Source: Octopus sinensis
Lineage: Eukaryota
Direction of reading: 5' to 3'
DNA length: 64,000 bases
Assembly (NCBI RefSeq): GCF_006345805.1
Contig: NC_043003.1
Coordinates: 31,310,001 to 31,374,000, forward strand
In this document: one piece after another, positions 40,096-52,916 of the stretch
Position numbering within the stretch: position 1 is the stretch's first letter
Layout of the letters: every line of letters begins with the position of its first letter
Made by a program: the position numbers and the translations under genes
Notes under the pieces: generated by a model
The model's input: the letters and a program-made list of their open reading frames with translations, nothing else
Databases searched by the model: none
Told to the model about the DNA's origin: nothing

Positions 40096-40613
40096 ATAAG
40101 TAAAAAGTAAAACAAAAATAAGAAACGTTTATTTCATTCAAAAGCAAAGCGAAAAAGTTAAGGGTGAAAATATAATATTTACAACCTTTTAGATATTAAT
40201 TTTGAACATCATAACTTAAAAGTGATACTCACAGATAGAACGCCTTTAATATAGGCCTTCTGGACCGGTGCCTAGCAAGAGCTGAAACAAAAGGAACAAG
40301 ATCAAAATGATAATCTTGTTAATCTGTCTGATGTGGTTTTTGTAGAGGGAAACATTGGATTGTATTCTGGACTGCTGAAATCTACAAGCTGTATTCATTC
40401 TTTCTGTTTATTTTCTCTTATTCCTTTCTGTTGAGGAGCATAGGCTCAAAACGTAAAATTCTTTTTTTCATTTCCCCGAGCGGCAAACTAACACAATTGC
40501 TTGTTGTTCATACACTTGTCCTCGCTTTCTATAAATTTCAACTCCATCCATCCAACTTACGATGAAAGTAAGCAAATTTTGCTTTAGATGCGTTGAGATG
40601 TATTGAAAGATAT

Positions 40614-40961
40614 ATTCTTAAATACAGAATAATGCTGATATAATAGCATGAACAGGATACGTTATCCATATTTTGGATAACATATCCTGAAAATTCTGTC
40701 AGTGGCTAGCCATGAGACTCGAACTCACGATTACGCGTCAAGTGCTTTACCATTAAGCTAAACTGCCCCGTGGCAAATTGTTCTGCAATTTTAGGATTTA
40801 TAAATCTAGCTTTATCAGACGCTAACCTTAAATCCAACTGCATAATCACAGGGATGTGAGTTCGAGTTTCATGACTGGCCACTGACAGATTTTTCTTCAA
40901 AATACAGATAAATTACTCTGTTCATGCCATTATATTAGCATTATTCTGCGTTTGAGAATAA
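40614..40961. mobile_element. MITE-like inverted-repeat element with tRNA-like segments in both arms
   Basis: Arms 40614-40728 and 40856-40961. Each carries gtgagttcgagt(c/t)tcatg (B-box/T-arm-like) reading outward; the minus strand also has an A-box-like tagcttaatggtaaagca. Confidence 0.7.
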
Positions 40962-40973
40962 ATTATTTCCTTA

Positions 40974-41009
<36 letters not shown>

Positions 41010-41902
41010 GTTAGAAGTGGTGTACAGATATAATATTTACAGTCATTTAGATATTAATTTTGAACAACTTAACATAAAAGTGATACTCGCAGCTAGAACA
41101 CCATTAAACATGGGCCTCCTGGACCGGTGCTGAGCAAGTGCTAAATGAAAGGAACAAGATCAAAATGATAATCCTGTTAAACTAAAACTGCCTGATGTTG
41201 CTTTTGTATAGTGAAATAATAAAATGAAGAAAATGGATAAAAATTTAATACAGATGTTTTTAATTAAAGACATTCAAATTCATACAAAGAAATTCCTACC
41301 TACAGCTGTTTCCTAATACAATTCTTTTATTTTAGAAATGAAATTCCATATTCGGAAACAGTGAATTGTGTATATCCCCAGGGAGAATTTCAAAAGGAAA
41401 TTATTTAACAACGTCTCGATGATAAACTAATATACTTGGTTTTCTTTGAATGCTGGTATAAGCTGGTGAACTAGGATGCTCATATTCCTTAAGGGACTTT
41501 AGTTCCTTGACTAATCAAATAATAAATATATATATATATGCACATACATTTTTCGCACACATACACACACGCACAAACACATATGTATTACCTATGCCAT
41601 ATATTTAATCTGTATGTTTTGTTTATACACTTATTAGATAAAATATGTCATTCCGAGAAAGGTCGTTTAAGACGCAGAATACAAAGAAAGACACAGAATA
41701 GCTCAATACCAGGCGAAACGAGAATGGTGAATATCTATATTTCGTTATTGTTTCAGGACATCAGCACCGTATAAACAAGACACCCCGGAACAAATTCGAA
41801 TCGCAGGTCTGAACTATATATGCAAATAGTACAAAATCTATCTGCTGATAGGTTTTCTCAGCAACCAGTACATAAAACAAAATCAAATATCGATATCCGC
41901 CT

Positions 41903-41937
<35 letters not shown>

Positions 41938-42088
41938 AGTAGGTGAATGAATTATCCTATGTTTATCGTCAGCATGGAAAATTAATTTAACCGAAACCTG
42001 GGTAGCAAATTCACGTCAGAAACACGGTTGAAGCGACCTGTCAAGGGTAGAAACTCCGGGTTCATGTGCAGAAATTTGTGCGTTGTAT

Positions 42089-42293
42089 ATGAATAAATGA
42101 AATAATGGAGTCGAACGAAGATGTTAACAAAATTCCTTTACTCTCGACACATGTTCCTTCTTTCCTGATGAGAAGATTTCATAATGCACCCTTTATTCCT
42201 TTGGAATGAAAACATGCTGTCTTCGAAACATGTGTCGAGAGTAAAGGAATTTTGTTAACATTTTCGTTCGACTCCATTCTTTCATTTATTCAT
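42089..42293. repeat. 67-bp inverted repeat (42089-42155 / 42227-42293) enclosing a hammerhead
   Basis: Arms differ at 2 positions. Confidence 0.9.
42156..42247 (+). ncRNA. Type-I hammerhead ribozyme with canonical core (PLE-type, short palindromic stem III)
   Basis: CUGAUGA (42165-42171), stem II GAAGA/UCUUC, GAAA (42225-42228), ACAUGU palindrome, GUC (42234-42236); imperfect stem I ccuucuuuc/gagaguaaagg. Confidence 0.7.
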
Positions 42294-42294
42294 T

Positions 42295-42369
<75 letters not shown>

Positions 42370-42398
42370 TGTGTGTGTGTGTGTGTGTGTATTTGTGC

Positions 42399-42430
<32 letters not shown>

Positions 42431-42499
42431 GAGGTAATGGTGACATTGAGACCCAAAGGTGTCAGGTAATGCTGAATAAGTGCTATAGAGAGACAATAG

Positions 42500-43130
42500 T
42501 TAAGTTCCAGATTCGGTAATATTGCGAATATAGGCAAGTATTTCTTAGCACTGAGAGACAGGCAGCTTCCAGTCAACCATAGTTAGAGAAAGCTTTTCAA
42601 TAGACGTAACGTAAAAATCAGTTTCAGCTCAACTACTAATTTGAAAAATATAATCGCACTCACCACACAAAAACCACAATATGAAACCAGCTGTTCATGC
42701 AGGGATAAAAATTTGTGCCTGCTAAATGGAGCTTGCATATCTGAGACCATCATTTATGAAGCCATCGTGGACTCTATATCCAATAAGGACACGGTTTCGA
42801 CGAAGAAATACGTGTGCCGTACAGAGGGTAATTTCAAGGCCAGGTTCAATAATCACACCTTGAGCTTCAGGCACTGCGATAAAAGGAAAACGACCAAATT
42901 ATCCAGTCATTTATTGTCCTTAAAAGATAAAGGAGTCAGTTACAACATCCATTGGAAGATCTTAGCCAAGTGTAAGCCCTACACCAACGGCAGTGGAAAG
43001 GGCGGTCTTTGTGATATGGAAAGATAGCACATCTGGAAAAGCAGCTTAGACCCTGCAACATCTCTAAATTCAAGAACTCAACTTTTCGGATCATATCCAC
43101 ATATAGCTAAATATTTGTTACGTTTTTGGT
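42500..43130 (+). mobile_element. Penelope-like element 3' fragment (GIY-YIG endonuclease)
   Basis: KLFNRRNVKISFS..CSCRDKNLCLLNGAC..IIYEA..KKYVCRTEGNFKARFNNHTLSFRH..TKLSSHLLSLKDKGVSYNIHWKILAKCKPY. Confidence 0.9.
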
Positions 43131-44927
43131 ACCCCCGAGATTACAGATAGGACTTGCTTTCTATATTGTGTTCACATACAAGCTTTTTATCTTTATTTTT
43201 AACTTATATTTCTTATATATTTTTTAGATATATTTATGTTTTTTTTTACATATTTATACAAATATTGTTTATTGCTCATATATTTTTACACATATTTTTT
43301 CTATATTCTACCTTCCACCCTGCATTTTCCCTGTGCGTATATAGACGTGTATATGGAATCCTTTGTGAGCGCGTGTGGATGTATGAGTGCGTGCGGGTAG
43401 GTGCGTATATAGACGTGTGTGTTTGCGTGCATGCGAGTATGTACGTGTATAGACGTGTTTTACTCTTATTGCTTATTTTTTTTACACTTTTTTACAAATT
43501 TTTCTGTATTTTGCGTTTAGCCCTGTGTTTTCTTGTGCATGAAAACTGAAAAATAAACTAAAACATAAAACTATGGCATGAAGAATATATTTGTTGTCTC
43601 AAAATTACTAGATAGAACGACGGAAAAATATAAACTGAATGCAATTAAATATGATGAATGTATAGTCGATGAGAACTCTCATCATTTTCATTTGATGAAT
43701 CAATTTTGTGAAAGTCTGCACCGCGCATAGAATTCTTTCTAAGTTAAAAGCGAAAAAAGATGAAAGACAAGTTAGAAGAAACTGCCTCAGGCTTCATATT
43801 TACAGCTGACATTTTGACAAATTAATTCTTGAACGTAACAACCCGATCATTCTCATTTTTCGTGCAGAAAAGTTTTTAAAAAAATTCTGAAAGAAATAAA
43901 TAATTAAAAGCTAGAACAAAAAAAGAAAAGTGAGAAAAAGAACACCTCAAATAGATTAAACTGATTTTAAAAGAACTTTGAACAAAAAAGTTACATTGTG
44001 TGCGACAGCGCTAATTTTCACCATCATGTATGGGGAATTTTTTTATTGTTGTGTTTCCAATATTGATTTAATAAGAAAATAGTATAAAAACAAAATGAAT
44101 AAAACACTTCTTACTATAGCATCAAGTAAAAGATTTGAAATATTTCTGGCTCAAGAAGGAGTCAAATTCAATAGTTATGAAAAGTTGGATAAAAGCATTA
44201 ATAAGGAAATATTGGAATATTGGTGGATATTATATAACCTTGAGGCATGAACTAATGTCCACTTGAAACAAGAAAAACTATATAATCGCTCAAAAAAACT
44301 GTACAACGTTAATACACAGCATTAGAAATACCAGTTACCTGCATCTCCACCAGAAGATGATATAATACTTCAAGACTATAATTCGCTTTTTTTTATGTGA
44401 TGAGCTGTCAGAATTGTTAGTACGCCGGATAATAATGCTTAGCGGCATTTAGTCCGTCCTTACTTTCTGAGTTCAAATTCCTCCGAGGTTGACTTTGCCT
44501 TTCGTCCCTCGGAGTCGCTAAAATAAGCATCAGTTGGGTACAGAGGCCTGTGTAATTGTCTTTCTCTCAAAAGCTGCTAGGCTTGTGCTAAAATTTGAAA
44601 ACATTATTTCACAGCATAAGAAGTAACATTTATCTGCTTCCCCCAACAACACACACTCCTCCCACCGCCACACAATGTGATATTCGAGGCTATAATTTAC
44701 TTATTGTATATCGCTTTTTAAATGTGGTATGGTGGCAGAATCGTTAGCTCACCGAACAAAATGTTTAGCGGTAGTTCTTCAGATTGTTTATGCTCTAAGT
44801 TCAAGAGCTGTTCAAATGCCACAGAGATCAATCTTACCATTCAACCTTTCTCGTTCGAGGAAATAAATACCAGTCTGGCACACGAGTCAATGTAATCATC
44901 TTTTTCCGCCCTCAAAAATCGTTGTCC

Positions 44928-45786
44928 TTGTGCCAAAGATAAGAATTATTTGGCTATTTGTGAAAATAGCATCGTTGGAGCGTGTACGTTTTCCTAACAG
45001 AGAAATGTGTGGTTCACTGTATTACTGCAGGCAACATTTACGAAGGAGTATCTGTAAAGCTGTATAAAATACATATATATCGAAGACTTTGCTATTAAAG
45101 AGCTGATTTTTCGTGTTTGTTTTCTTGCTGATGTTTATATTCTTCGCTGATGTATATCGATGAAATTTAAACACATATTCAAATCGCACACAGAGGCATA
45201 GGCATAGGGACACACAAAGTCTGATCGGATGCCACATGAGCTTGGGTCCTTACTTCTTGAATCCATGTGAAGATAAATTACACATATCAACTATGTTTCA
45301 TTTCTTTAGCGCGATATGTTACTCGTTCAATTCTCGTGACGGGATTTCTTTTGAGTTTCCACGAGTTTAATTTCTATGGCTGGTTACATTTCCACTCATG
45401 ATTTTAAGAATTAAAGTTTCAAGAATACAAGCTAAAGAATTATATTCATTAACAGTTTCAAATGACATACTGCTGTTTCACTTTCATATAAAACCGTGTC
45501 TTTCATAATATACATGTATTAGCTATATGTATCTCATATTATGGAATGTGCTCTTTATATTAAGTGTATATTTGCATCATAATGTGTTAACACTGGGGTT
45601 TTCTAAATCAGCTCTTTAATAACAAAGTCTTCGATATATATGTATTTTATACAGCTTTACAGAGACTCCTTCGTAAATGTTGCCTGCAGTAATACAGTGA
45701 ACCACACATTTCTCTGTCAGGAAAGCGTACACGCTCCAACGATGCTATTTTCACAAATAGCCAAATAATTCTTATCTTTGGCACAA
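44928..45786. repeat. 182-bp inverted duplication (44928-45109 / 45605-45786)
   Basis: 4 mismatches counted; 495-bp spacer; the left arm starts inside the tail of a SINE relic (44715-44945). Confidence 0.95.
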
Positions 45787-45849
45787 AATCTATTTCTTTA
45801 ATATAAAACTACAGTTTTTATATAATAAAGTTACAGTATTTTATATAAA

Positions 45850-46160
45850 GCTTCACTCTTTGGGCTGCGACCATGCTAAGGCGCCTTCTTGAAGGGTTCA
45901 ATTGGGCAAATTTACCCTAGCACTTATTTTAAGTCTGGTATCCAGTTGTCAAGTTGGTAGGACACAAACTCAAACGTAAACACACACACACACGCGCGCG
46001 CACATGTATGTAGATATGAGGGGCTTCTTTCAGTTTCTGCCAACAAAACCATTCACTTGGCTTTGTTAATTCCTGTGGTTGAAGACACTTGCCTAAGGTT
46101 TTGTAGTGTGGTACTGAATCCAAGGCCGCTTGGTTCCGAAGCAAACTTGTTTATCACATA
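45850..46160 (-). mobile_element. Degenerate SINE family B copy
   Basis: gcgaccatgctaaggcgcc...(CA)n...ggcttctttcagtttc...gaagacacttgcctaagg. Confidence 0.7.
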
Positions 46161-46758
46161 GTTACGTCTGCGCCTATTTGTATAAAATAATTTCTCAGTA
46201 TAACTAAATACTAGAACTGGCCTGCAAAAAAGTACATGTCATAAAAAGAAAATATTATTGATACGTGTAAATTGTATTAACTTGGACAAAATTTTCAGTG
46301 AGCCTCAGCTTATGTGGTATTCCGACTGCATCAAGCATACCCTAGGGAATACTCAGAAGAAATTTAAGCACCTTTTATTACACAATATTTTAACTTTTTT
46401 TTTAGCTTTTACCAATAAGGGTTTAACTAACTAATTAAATTTGTTAAAAGTGGGGGTATCGAACGCTTGAATATCCTAGATAAAATTGTCCACAGGCAAA
46501 GCAAAATGCATCAGCGACTGAAATAAATTTAGTGGAAAATGATTTCTTTCCTCACATAAAAATTAACTTTTCAAGAGAAATCCAATAGTGCTCTATAAAT
46601 TTAAGAACAATTCTCGTCATTTATATTCATTCGATTCTAGTCTGGGTGACGCCAGGTATTCTGCTTTTATAAAATCAATTTTCCTTATGTCAATGGCGTA
46701 CTTACATATTCATACTGATTCGGACGCACGCACAGACATACATATATGAACGTATAAA

Positions 46759-46817
<59 letters not shown>

Positions 46818-47311
46818 TATGTGTAAAAGTGATATCGTTTTTTTTTAAAGTATTTATATTGTGTGCAATTCTATGTGAGTTTATAGATGGAATTACCTGA
46901 TGGTAAAGAACTAAATTAAGTTGACGAATGTTTCGATAATGGATCTAATAATATTCTCCAAGACTTGAAGCACATAGGAAAAAAGGATGTCGCCAAAAAT
47001 GCTATAATACTTTTAATGTACTTCAGAAATTCTTTTTTTTTACATTTGAAACAAAAACAACAAAAAACGAAACAAAGAAAATTGATAGACACACATAAGC
47101 ACACACTCAACACACACACAAACATATCACCAAGACGTGCGTAAATATATTGGCACAGCGGAGTGCATCGTTATAAGATCATAATTTCATCTATTCTTGA
47201 TTGTGTGATTGACTTCGTACTGGAAATAGAATCTGGAATATTTAGTGGCAATTCTGTGTTTATCTAATATGAATGTTTGCTTTTAAAGAAGAACAAACGT
47301 TTATATATATA

Positions 47312-47355
<44 letters not shown>

Positions 47356-47358
47356 ATG

Positions 47359-47457
<99 letters not shown>

Positions 47458-47678
47458 TGTTTTAATTTAATTTAATTCTATGTATTTATGCAGCTGAGGA
47501 TTGCTCTGCATTTAAATTGATGTAATAGTTGCATTGTTCAATTAAATGGAGTCGCTTGAAACGATCGTACTGCATTACCTCTGGATATCCTGTTGCTTAT
47601 TTTGATTTTATACATACATATAAATATGTGTGTATATATATACACATATACATATATATATGTATGCATATATATACT

Positions 47679-47732
<54 letters not shown>

Positions 47733-47768
47733 ATATATATATGTATATATATATACTTATATATATAC

Positions 47769-47805
<37 letters not shown>

Positions 47806-47971
47806 CTTATATATATATGCATATGTATATACTTTCATATATGTATATATATATGTACTTATATATATGTGTGCATATACTTATATATATAAGTATATAT
47901 AATCTATCTCTCTACCTATCTAGTTACGTTTGAATGTGTCTGTGTATATCGTCAAATATATGCGTATATAT

Positions 47972-50710
47972 CAGGGGTATGATTTTTTATGCTTTTGGAA
48001 GTAAACATTTTCCTGTATCAAAATTTTATGAACAATTTCATATACGTAGGGAAAATAACCCTTGTTTTAAGTTTTTTTTAAAAAACATCACCCCAACGAA
48101 AGAAGTCTAACACCACTTTTGACCCAAATTATGCATCATTCTAGCGGGTGGGGTGGGGGTTCATGATGCCTACTCAAGATTTTATCAGGCTCGGTGTGTT
48201 GACTTAATGCAATGCAGAAGCAGTATATCTCAAATTTCAGCTTTCAAGTAGTTTAAGAGTTATAGATTTTTAAATTCATTACCACTTACACCCCACTTTA
48301 GGTAATATCCTCTTCCTTTTCTTTTTATTTCTGTGACGCTAAGAAGGCTGACTATATTAGCTGTTTTTCAGAATAGTAGGCTTATCCAACTAGAGTATCT
48401 AAAATAATGTCTTATAAGAGAAGTGGTTGTGTCACTAACCCCCCCACCAAAAAAATCCAAACAAATCTGGACCAAGAATTTCGTGTAATTTCAAGACTTA
48501 CATAGGAAAAGAAGACTTATTCCGCTAGAAGAGCATTCCTTGGAAAACAGCTGCATGATACTAATGAAACTTCAAATTGTCGATCGCTACCTGTTCCTTG
48601 GGATACCATCAAAGAAGTAACTTTTTATATCAAAAGAAATAGAATTTCCAATATTTATGAATTGAAAATCTGTAAGCAAAAGTAGAAAAAGTACTGAATA
48701 TTTACGATAAATATGTAAATCGAGGAAAATACGATTCATTGAAAGGTACTTTTGACATCATAAAGGAAAACGGAGAATGGCTGTGCAGTGAGGAAAGAAG
48801 GTTATATTATCTTCAAATTGAAAGCAAGTGACAGGTTGGGTATGGAACTGGAAAGGCCAGCAGTTCCAAAACTATCGATCCATCCAAACGAAGAAGAGTG
48901 TCCTTAATGCCAACTTCAACCAGACAACCCCAGTACCATCGCCAACGTCTGAAGCAGAGACTGAAAGTGAATATCAAGAGTGCGAAAAATCAGATGAAGA
49001 ATCTACACAAACAAGGAGGTATAGCAAAACTGGAACTACAAACAAGTAATACTTTCCAAGATACCAACCCCAAAAGCAGCAACAGCTTGCTGACAGTTAC
49101 CTCAAGATGAAATCAATGTCGAGACACCTTCCCAGTCTGGTGTTTACAGATCGACTATCAAAGAAGCTGTTAAACTGTAAAAAAAAATGAAATTGGAGAA
49201 AATACTGCATTTAGAAAACTGGTCATTGCATTTTGATGCTAAATATATTGATGACTAAGTGATAGTTTTAAAGAATGAACAGGGAGAAGTTAAGTTAAAA
49301 GTACCCCAATTACGAAAGGAAAAAGCCGATACTGTTGTGAAAGGAATAACAGCTGTTTTAGAAGAATGAAATTTATGGAACTGTATAAAGATGATTGTCG
49401 CTGATACAACGAGTGTGAACACTGGGAAAAGAAATGGCATTTCATTCAGTTGGAAAGACTGTTTACTCAAAAGGGTTTGAAAGAACCGCAATTTATTAGT
49501 TGTCAGCATCATATTCTTGATAGAGTTCTTCCTGTTGTAATCGATAACGAACTTGGAGAAAAAAGTAATCCCTCAATATTGAATATTCATTCATCCCAGA
49601 GCTTCTAAGTAATTGCGGGAAACTCCAGGCTAATTTCAACAATAGTGAAGAAAAGATTACTGAATCAGCAGGATGGCGAGATGACATGAAATTTCATTTG
49701 AGCAGAGTTTTTCGTTTCTTTGAAGAAACCGCCAAATTTCATACTGTAAATTTTTAAAAAATACGCAACGTAAGTAATGCAAGATGGAAATCTTGAGTAA
49801 TACTAGTTCTTTTGGCATTTATTCTTCTACCAGAAAAAAAAAGAGTTTTGCTTCTCAATGTTTGTCGATTCATCTTTTACAGCTGGGTAGATTTTTAGTT
49901 TACTGACCAAATGTTCAATGCACATAATTATCAGAAATTATGTGGTAGTCCGCAAGTTCATAAAAATGCATTGAACGCTGTAAAAAAACTTTTGGAGTCG
50001 AGAAACATCAAATCTGGAAATTCCTTGAACAAATCAGAGTGCAGAACGCAATTAAGTGTCTTCAAGATCTTTATAATGTTTGTAAAAAGAAGGAGAAACT
50101 TCAGCTTCGATTTATTTTATCTAACAAAACATTAATTCTTTGTTATGTTAAAAAATTAGTTAACATTCAGCACCCTTTTTCAGTTATTTAAAATTGGAAT
50201 TAAATCTATAAAGTAAAAAAATATGTATTGCTTTTAATTTTGTATGTTACTGGCCTCTGTCTTAAAATAGCCTAGTTTTGAACCTTGGCATAGAGCAATT
50301 TCAATTCAGTAATCTTTAAAAATGTATAAATACACTTTTATTCCACATCTCTCTTGCGTTTACAAGGATTTAGGCAGCGGAAATATTGAAGTGAATCTAG
50401 TGCCACCTAATGATTACAGTTTTAAAAGCCCATAACTCAAAAACTACTTCAACGAGAAAACTGAAATTTCAGATATACTATTTCTGCTTGACATTGAGTC
50501 AGCACACCAAGTTTGGTAAAAACTTGAGCAGGCATTATTAACATTCGCTAGAATTTTGCATGATTTTGGCCAAACGTGGTGATCGATTTCATAATTTGGG
50601 GGTGACATTTTTTCAAATAAAGCAAAATAAATGTTAGTTTCCTGACTTTTATAAAATTATTCATCGAATTAGAGTATCGGGTTATTAGGTGGGAAAAAGT
50701 CATAACCCTA
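47972..50710 (+). mobile_element. Full-length but decayed hAT-superfamily DNA transposon
   Basis: Imperfect 17-bp TIRs caggggtatgatttttt / aaaaagtcataacccta. 8-bp TSD gtatatat / gtgtatat (7 of 8). Transposase remnants ADTTSVNTG (~49400), CQHHILDR (CxxH, ~49500), WRDDM, SNARW. Confidence 0.8.
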
Positions 50711-51443
50711 GTGTATATACACTTACGTACACTTTATGTCTGTTAATTATTACATAGTCTTATTACTATTTGTTTTTCTCATTAATTGTTACCATTATTG
50801 ACAGCTTATGAAGCATAATAATATTTTGTTGCTTTGTATACTTTTACTATTATATAATTCTGAATCGTGTCATTCGTTTTTATTCCTCTTTCGGCCCCTT
50901 TAAGTAATTAGACATACAAGACTGTATATTGTGCTTCTTAAGGGATACACTAAAACCATTATCTTTATAATTTCTTTTATTTTAATAGAAACTCCTCCTC
51001 TCTGTATAAGCACCATCACCTATCTGTATCTATCTGTTCTCGTATAAATGTACTTATAAGGAAATGATGAAATGACTATGAGTATTCATTTTGTAATCAA
51101 TATCATAAGAGTGAAACTTACATAATGATTTCTTGTATTCGTGTTTTCCAACTTGTTATAAAATATATTACTCATATATGGCGGTGCCCCAGCATGGCCA
51201 CAGTTCATGAGCTGAAACTAGAATCAATCAATCACATGTTCTTCAAAACCCTGTAGCTGTTTTAGATCTTAGAACAAACTGAATTCAGTGTTTTAGGATC
51301 TAAAACTCCTCATATGTAATTTTTGTGAAACATTTCCCTGAGATTCTTATCCATAAACATGATTTTTTAAATAAATTTATGATTGGGTCTAAATGGAACC
51401 AATTGTAAGATTATAATATATGATTTTATATTATATTATGATA

Positions 51444-51444
<1 letters not shown>

Positions 51445-51531
<87 letters not shown>

Positions 51532-51534
51532 GTA

Positions 51535-51619
<85 letters not shown>

Positions 51620-51630
51620 GTATATCTATG

Positions 51631-51709
<79 letters not shown>

Positions 51710-51715
51710 ATATAT
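51445..51715. repeat. (TATC)n tetranucleotide microsatellite
   Basis: Directly visible; explains the IYLS ORFs. Confidence 0.95.
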
Positions 51716-51720
51716 ATATC

Positions 51721-52150
51721 TCTTATTATAAAAGGCAGATTTTATCTGCCTCCCTTTGGGAGTTATACAAATCTACAATATAGGATTTCTTCAATTACAA
51801 TTTACCTAGCATTTTTAAGAGTACAATGCATCGCGTCATGCCAGGTCCAGTTTTTAAAATTTAAACTCCAATTAAGCAAAATTTACAGAAAACTCACATT
51901 CTGGTGTGTGTGTCAAATGCTTTTCTTAGTCTGGTTTACACCACACGCAAACGCACACACACAGTGGGCAACGAATAAAATGAAAGTAAATAGCGACAGA
52001 GTGATTTGAGGAAGGCTAAACTGAAAGTATTCTGTCTATGACGCTGATAGATACATGAGTAAAATGTATGGGAAGCTAAGAGCTAAGAGTGAGTGAAAAT
52101 GTTCTTGGAAGAGAGTAAATAGCGAGAGAGAGAGTGATTTGAGGAAAACT
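51721..52150 (+). mobile_element. Non-autonomous Helitron-like family B, 5' part (copy 1)
   Basis: 5' TCTTATTATAAAAGGCAG shared with 53552 and 63054; no own 3' CTAG end seen. Confidence 0.6.
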
Positions 52151-52519
52151 TTACATTCAATAACCGTAGTGGCTTGTGTTAGTAATAAAGTAAACATACA
52201 CTCATACATACATACATACATACATACATACATACATACATACATACATACATACATACATACACACACACACATACACACACACATACATACACACACA
52301 CATACATACATACACACATACATACATACATACATATACATACATATACATACATACATACACACACACATACACACACACACAGTATTGAAGCTTGAGA
52401 ACAATCAGATACATTTGCAACACATCTGTTGAAAATATTATTGTTCACACACATACATATACATACACACACACACACATGATCCAGCATGACCACAACC
52501 TCAAGGCTGAAACATATAA

Positions 52520-52895
52520 AAGAATAACAGAATATAAATGTGTGCAAAGTACAAGAAATATTAATGCAGTATATGGGGATTGGACAATAAGCGTAAGGCA
52601 GTGTCAATGGTGGTTCCAGAAATCCCGAGCCATAAACTACAGCCTAGAAGACGAGCCTCATCCTGAAAGATCTGTAGAACTCGACAAGGACATCCTGAAA
52701 ACCCTGGTGGAACAAAATATCATCGTAACTGTTGAGGAACTAGCAGAGAAGCTTGGATTTGGTCATTCAACCATTCATTGACACCTGTGTGCTATCGGAA
52801 AAGTCAGCAAATTGGGTCAATGGGTTCCTCACGAACTTTCCGAGTCTAATTGCATGCAGAGAGTGAATGTATGCTTTTCTTTGCTGTCACATCTC
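52520..52895 (+). mobile_element. Mariner transposase N-terminal fragment
   Basis: ISVRQCQWWFQK..YSLEDEPHPERSVELD..VTVEELAEKLGFGHSTIH..KLGQWVPHELS; truncated at the Helitron array. Confidence 0.9.
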
Positions 52896-52916
52896 ACCAC
52901 TACTGCGCTATGTATA

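Noticed and set aside
41305-42060. Further hammerhead-like fragments (minus gaaacagctgta ~41325, minus ctgatgt..cgaaatata ~41750, plus gaaactccgg ~42050)
   Set aside because: Cores and stems are too decayed to call individually.
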